From: Sphyrna mokarran
Lineage: Eukaryota
Direction: 5' to 3'
Length of the DNA: 64,000 nucleotides
Assembly: GCA_024679065.1 (NCBI GenBank)
Contig: JAGIQG010000018.1
Coordinates: 40,734,001 to 40,798,000, forward strand
The position numbers and the translations under genes were made by a program. Every line of letters starts with the position of its first letter. Position 1 is the stretch's first letter. The notes beneath the pieces are model-generated. The model was not told the origin of the DNA and did not search any database. It saw nothing but the letters and a program-made list of their open reading frames with translations. Below are positions 63,841 to 64,000 of the stretch, one piece after another.

Positions 63841-64000
63841 AAACCACCGCCTTTTTCCTCACATCATTTCTTACCTCAAATCGACCAGTGTCTCAGATTG
63901 AACCAAACTATTTGTATATTTATCTTATTCAACCCCAACTAAAGCTTCTAATTGCCTATACTTTCCAATATATAGACTAACTATACATTGTAACATTCTT

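Overview
Vertebrate genomic DNA, very probably a shark or other elasmobranch (inferred from the HE1/V-SINE, Deu-type SINE, CR1 and Penelope repeat content). One host gene is supported: epsin-2 (EPN2) on the + strand. It has a CpG-island first exon at about 7.3-7.46 kb and seven coding exons (24672-25269, 45187-45299, 49289-49396, 52972-53119, 55875-56039, 60113-60208, 62279-62497). These splice in frame into about 482 codons: ENTH, two UIMs, DPW repeats, a clathrin box and the first NPF. The last exon lies beyond the window. Most of the remaining sequence is transposon debris: CR1/L2, RTE and Rex-Babar LINEs, Penelope fragments and hairpins, a Gypsy gag-protease relic, a solo LTR, a full-length hAT/Charlie fossil with nested insertions, and many SINEs. 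The most unusual observation is a CR1 3'UTR module present in two diverged copies; it combines a conserved splice acceptor, a multi-helix RNA structure with compensatory changes and a promoter-less V-SINE body. Other notable items are a hammerhead-ribozyme core in a Penelope-derived palindrome, a candidate in-frame EPN2 microexon and an altered first clathrin box. Repeat boundaries were read by eye and are approximate unless termini are quoted.
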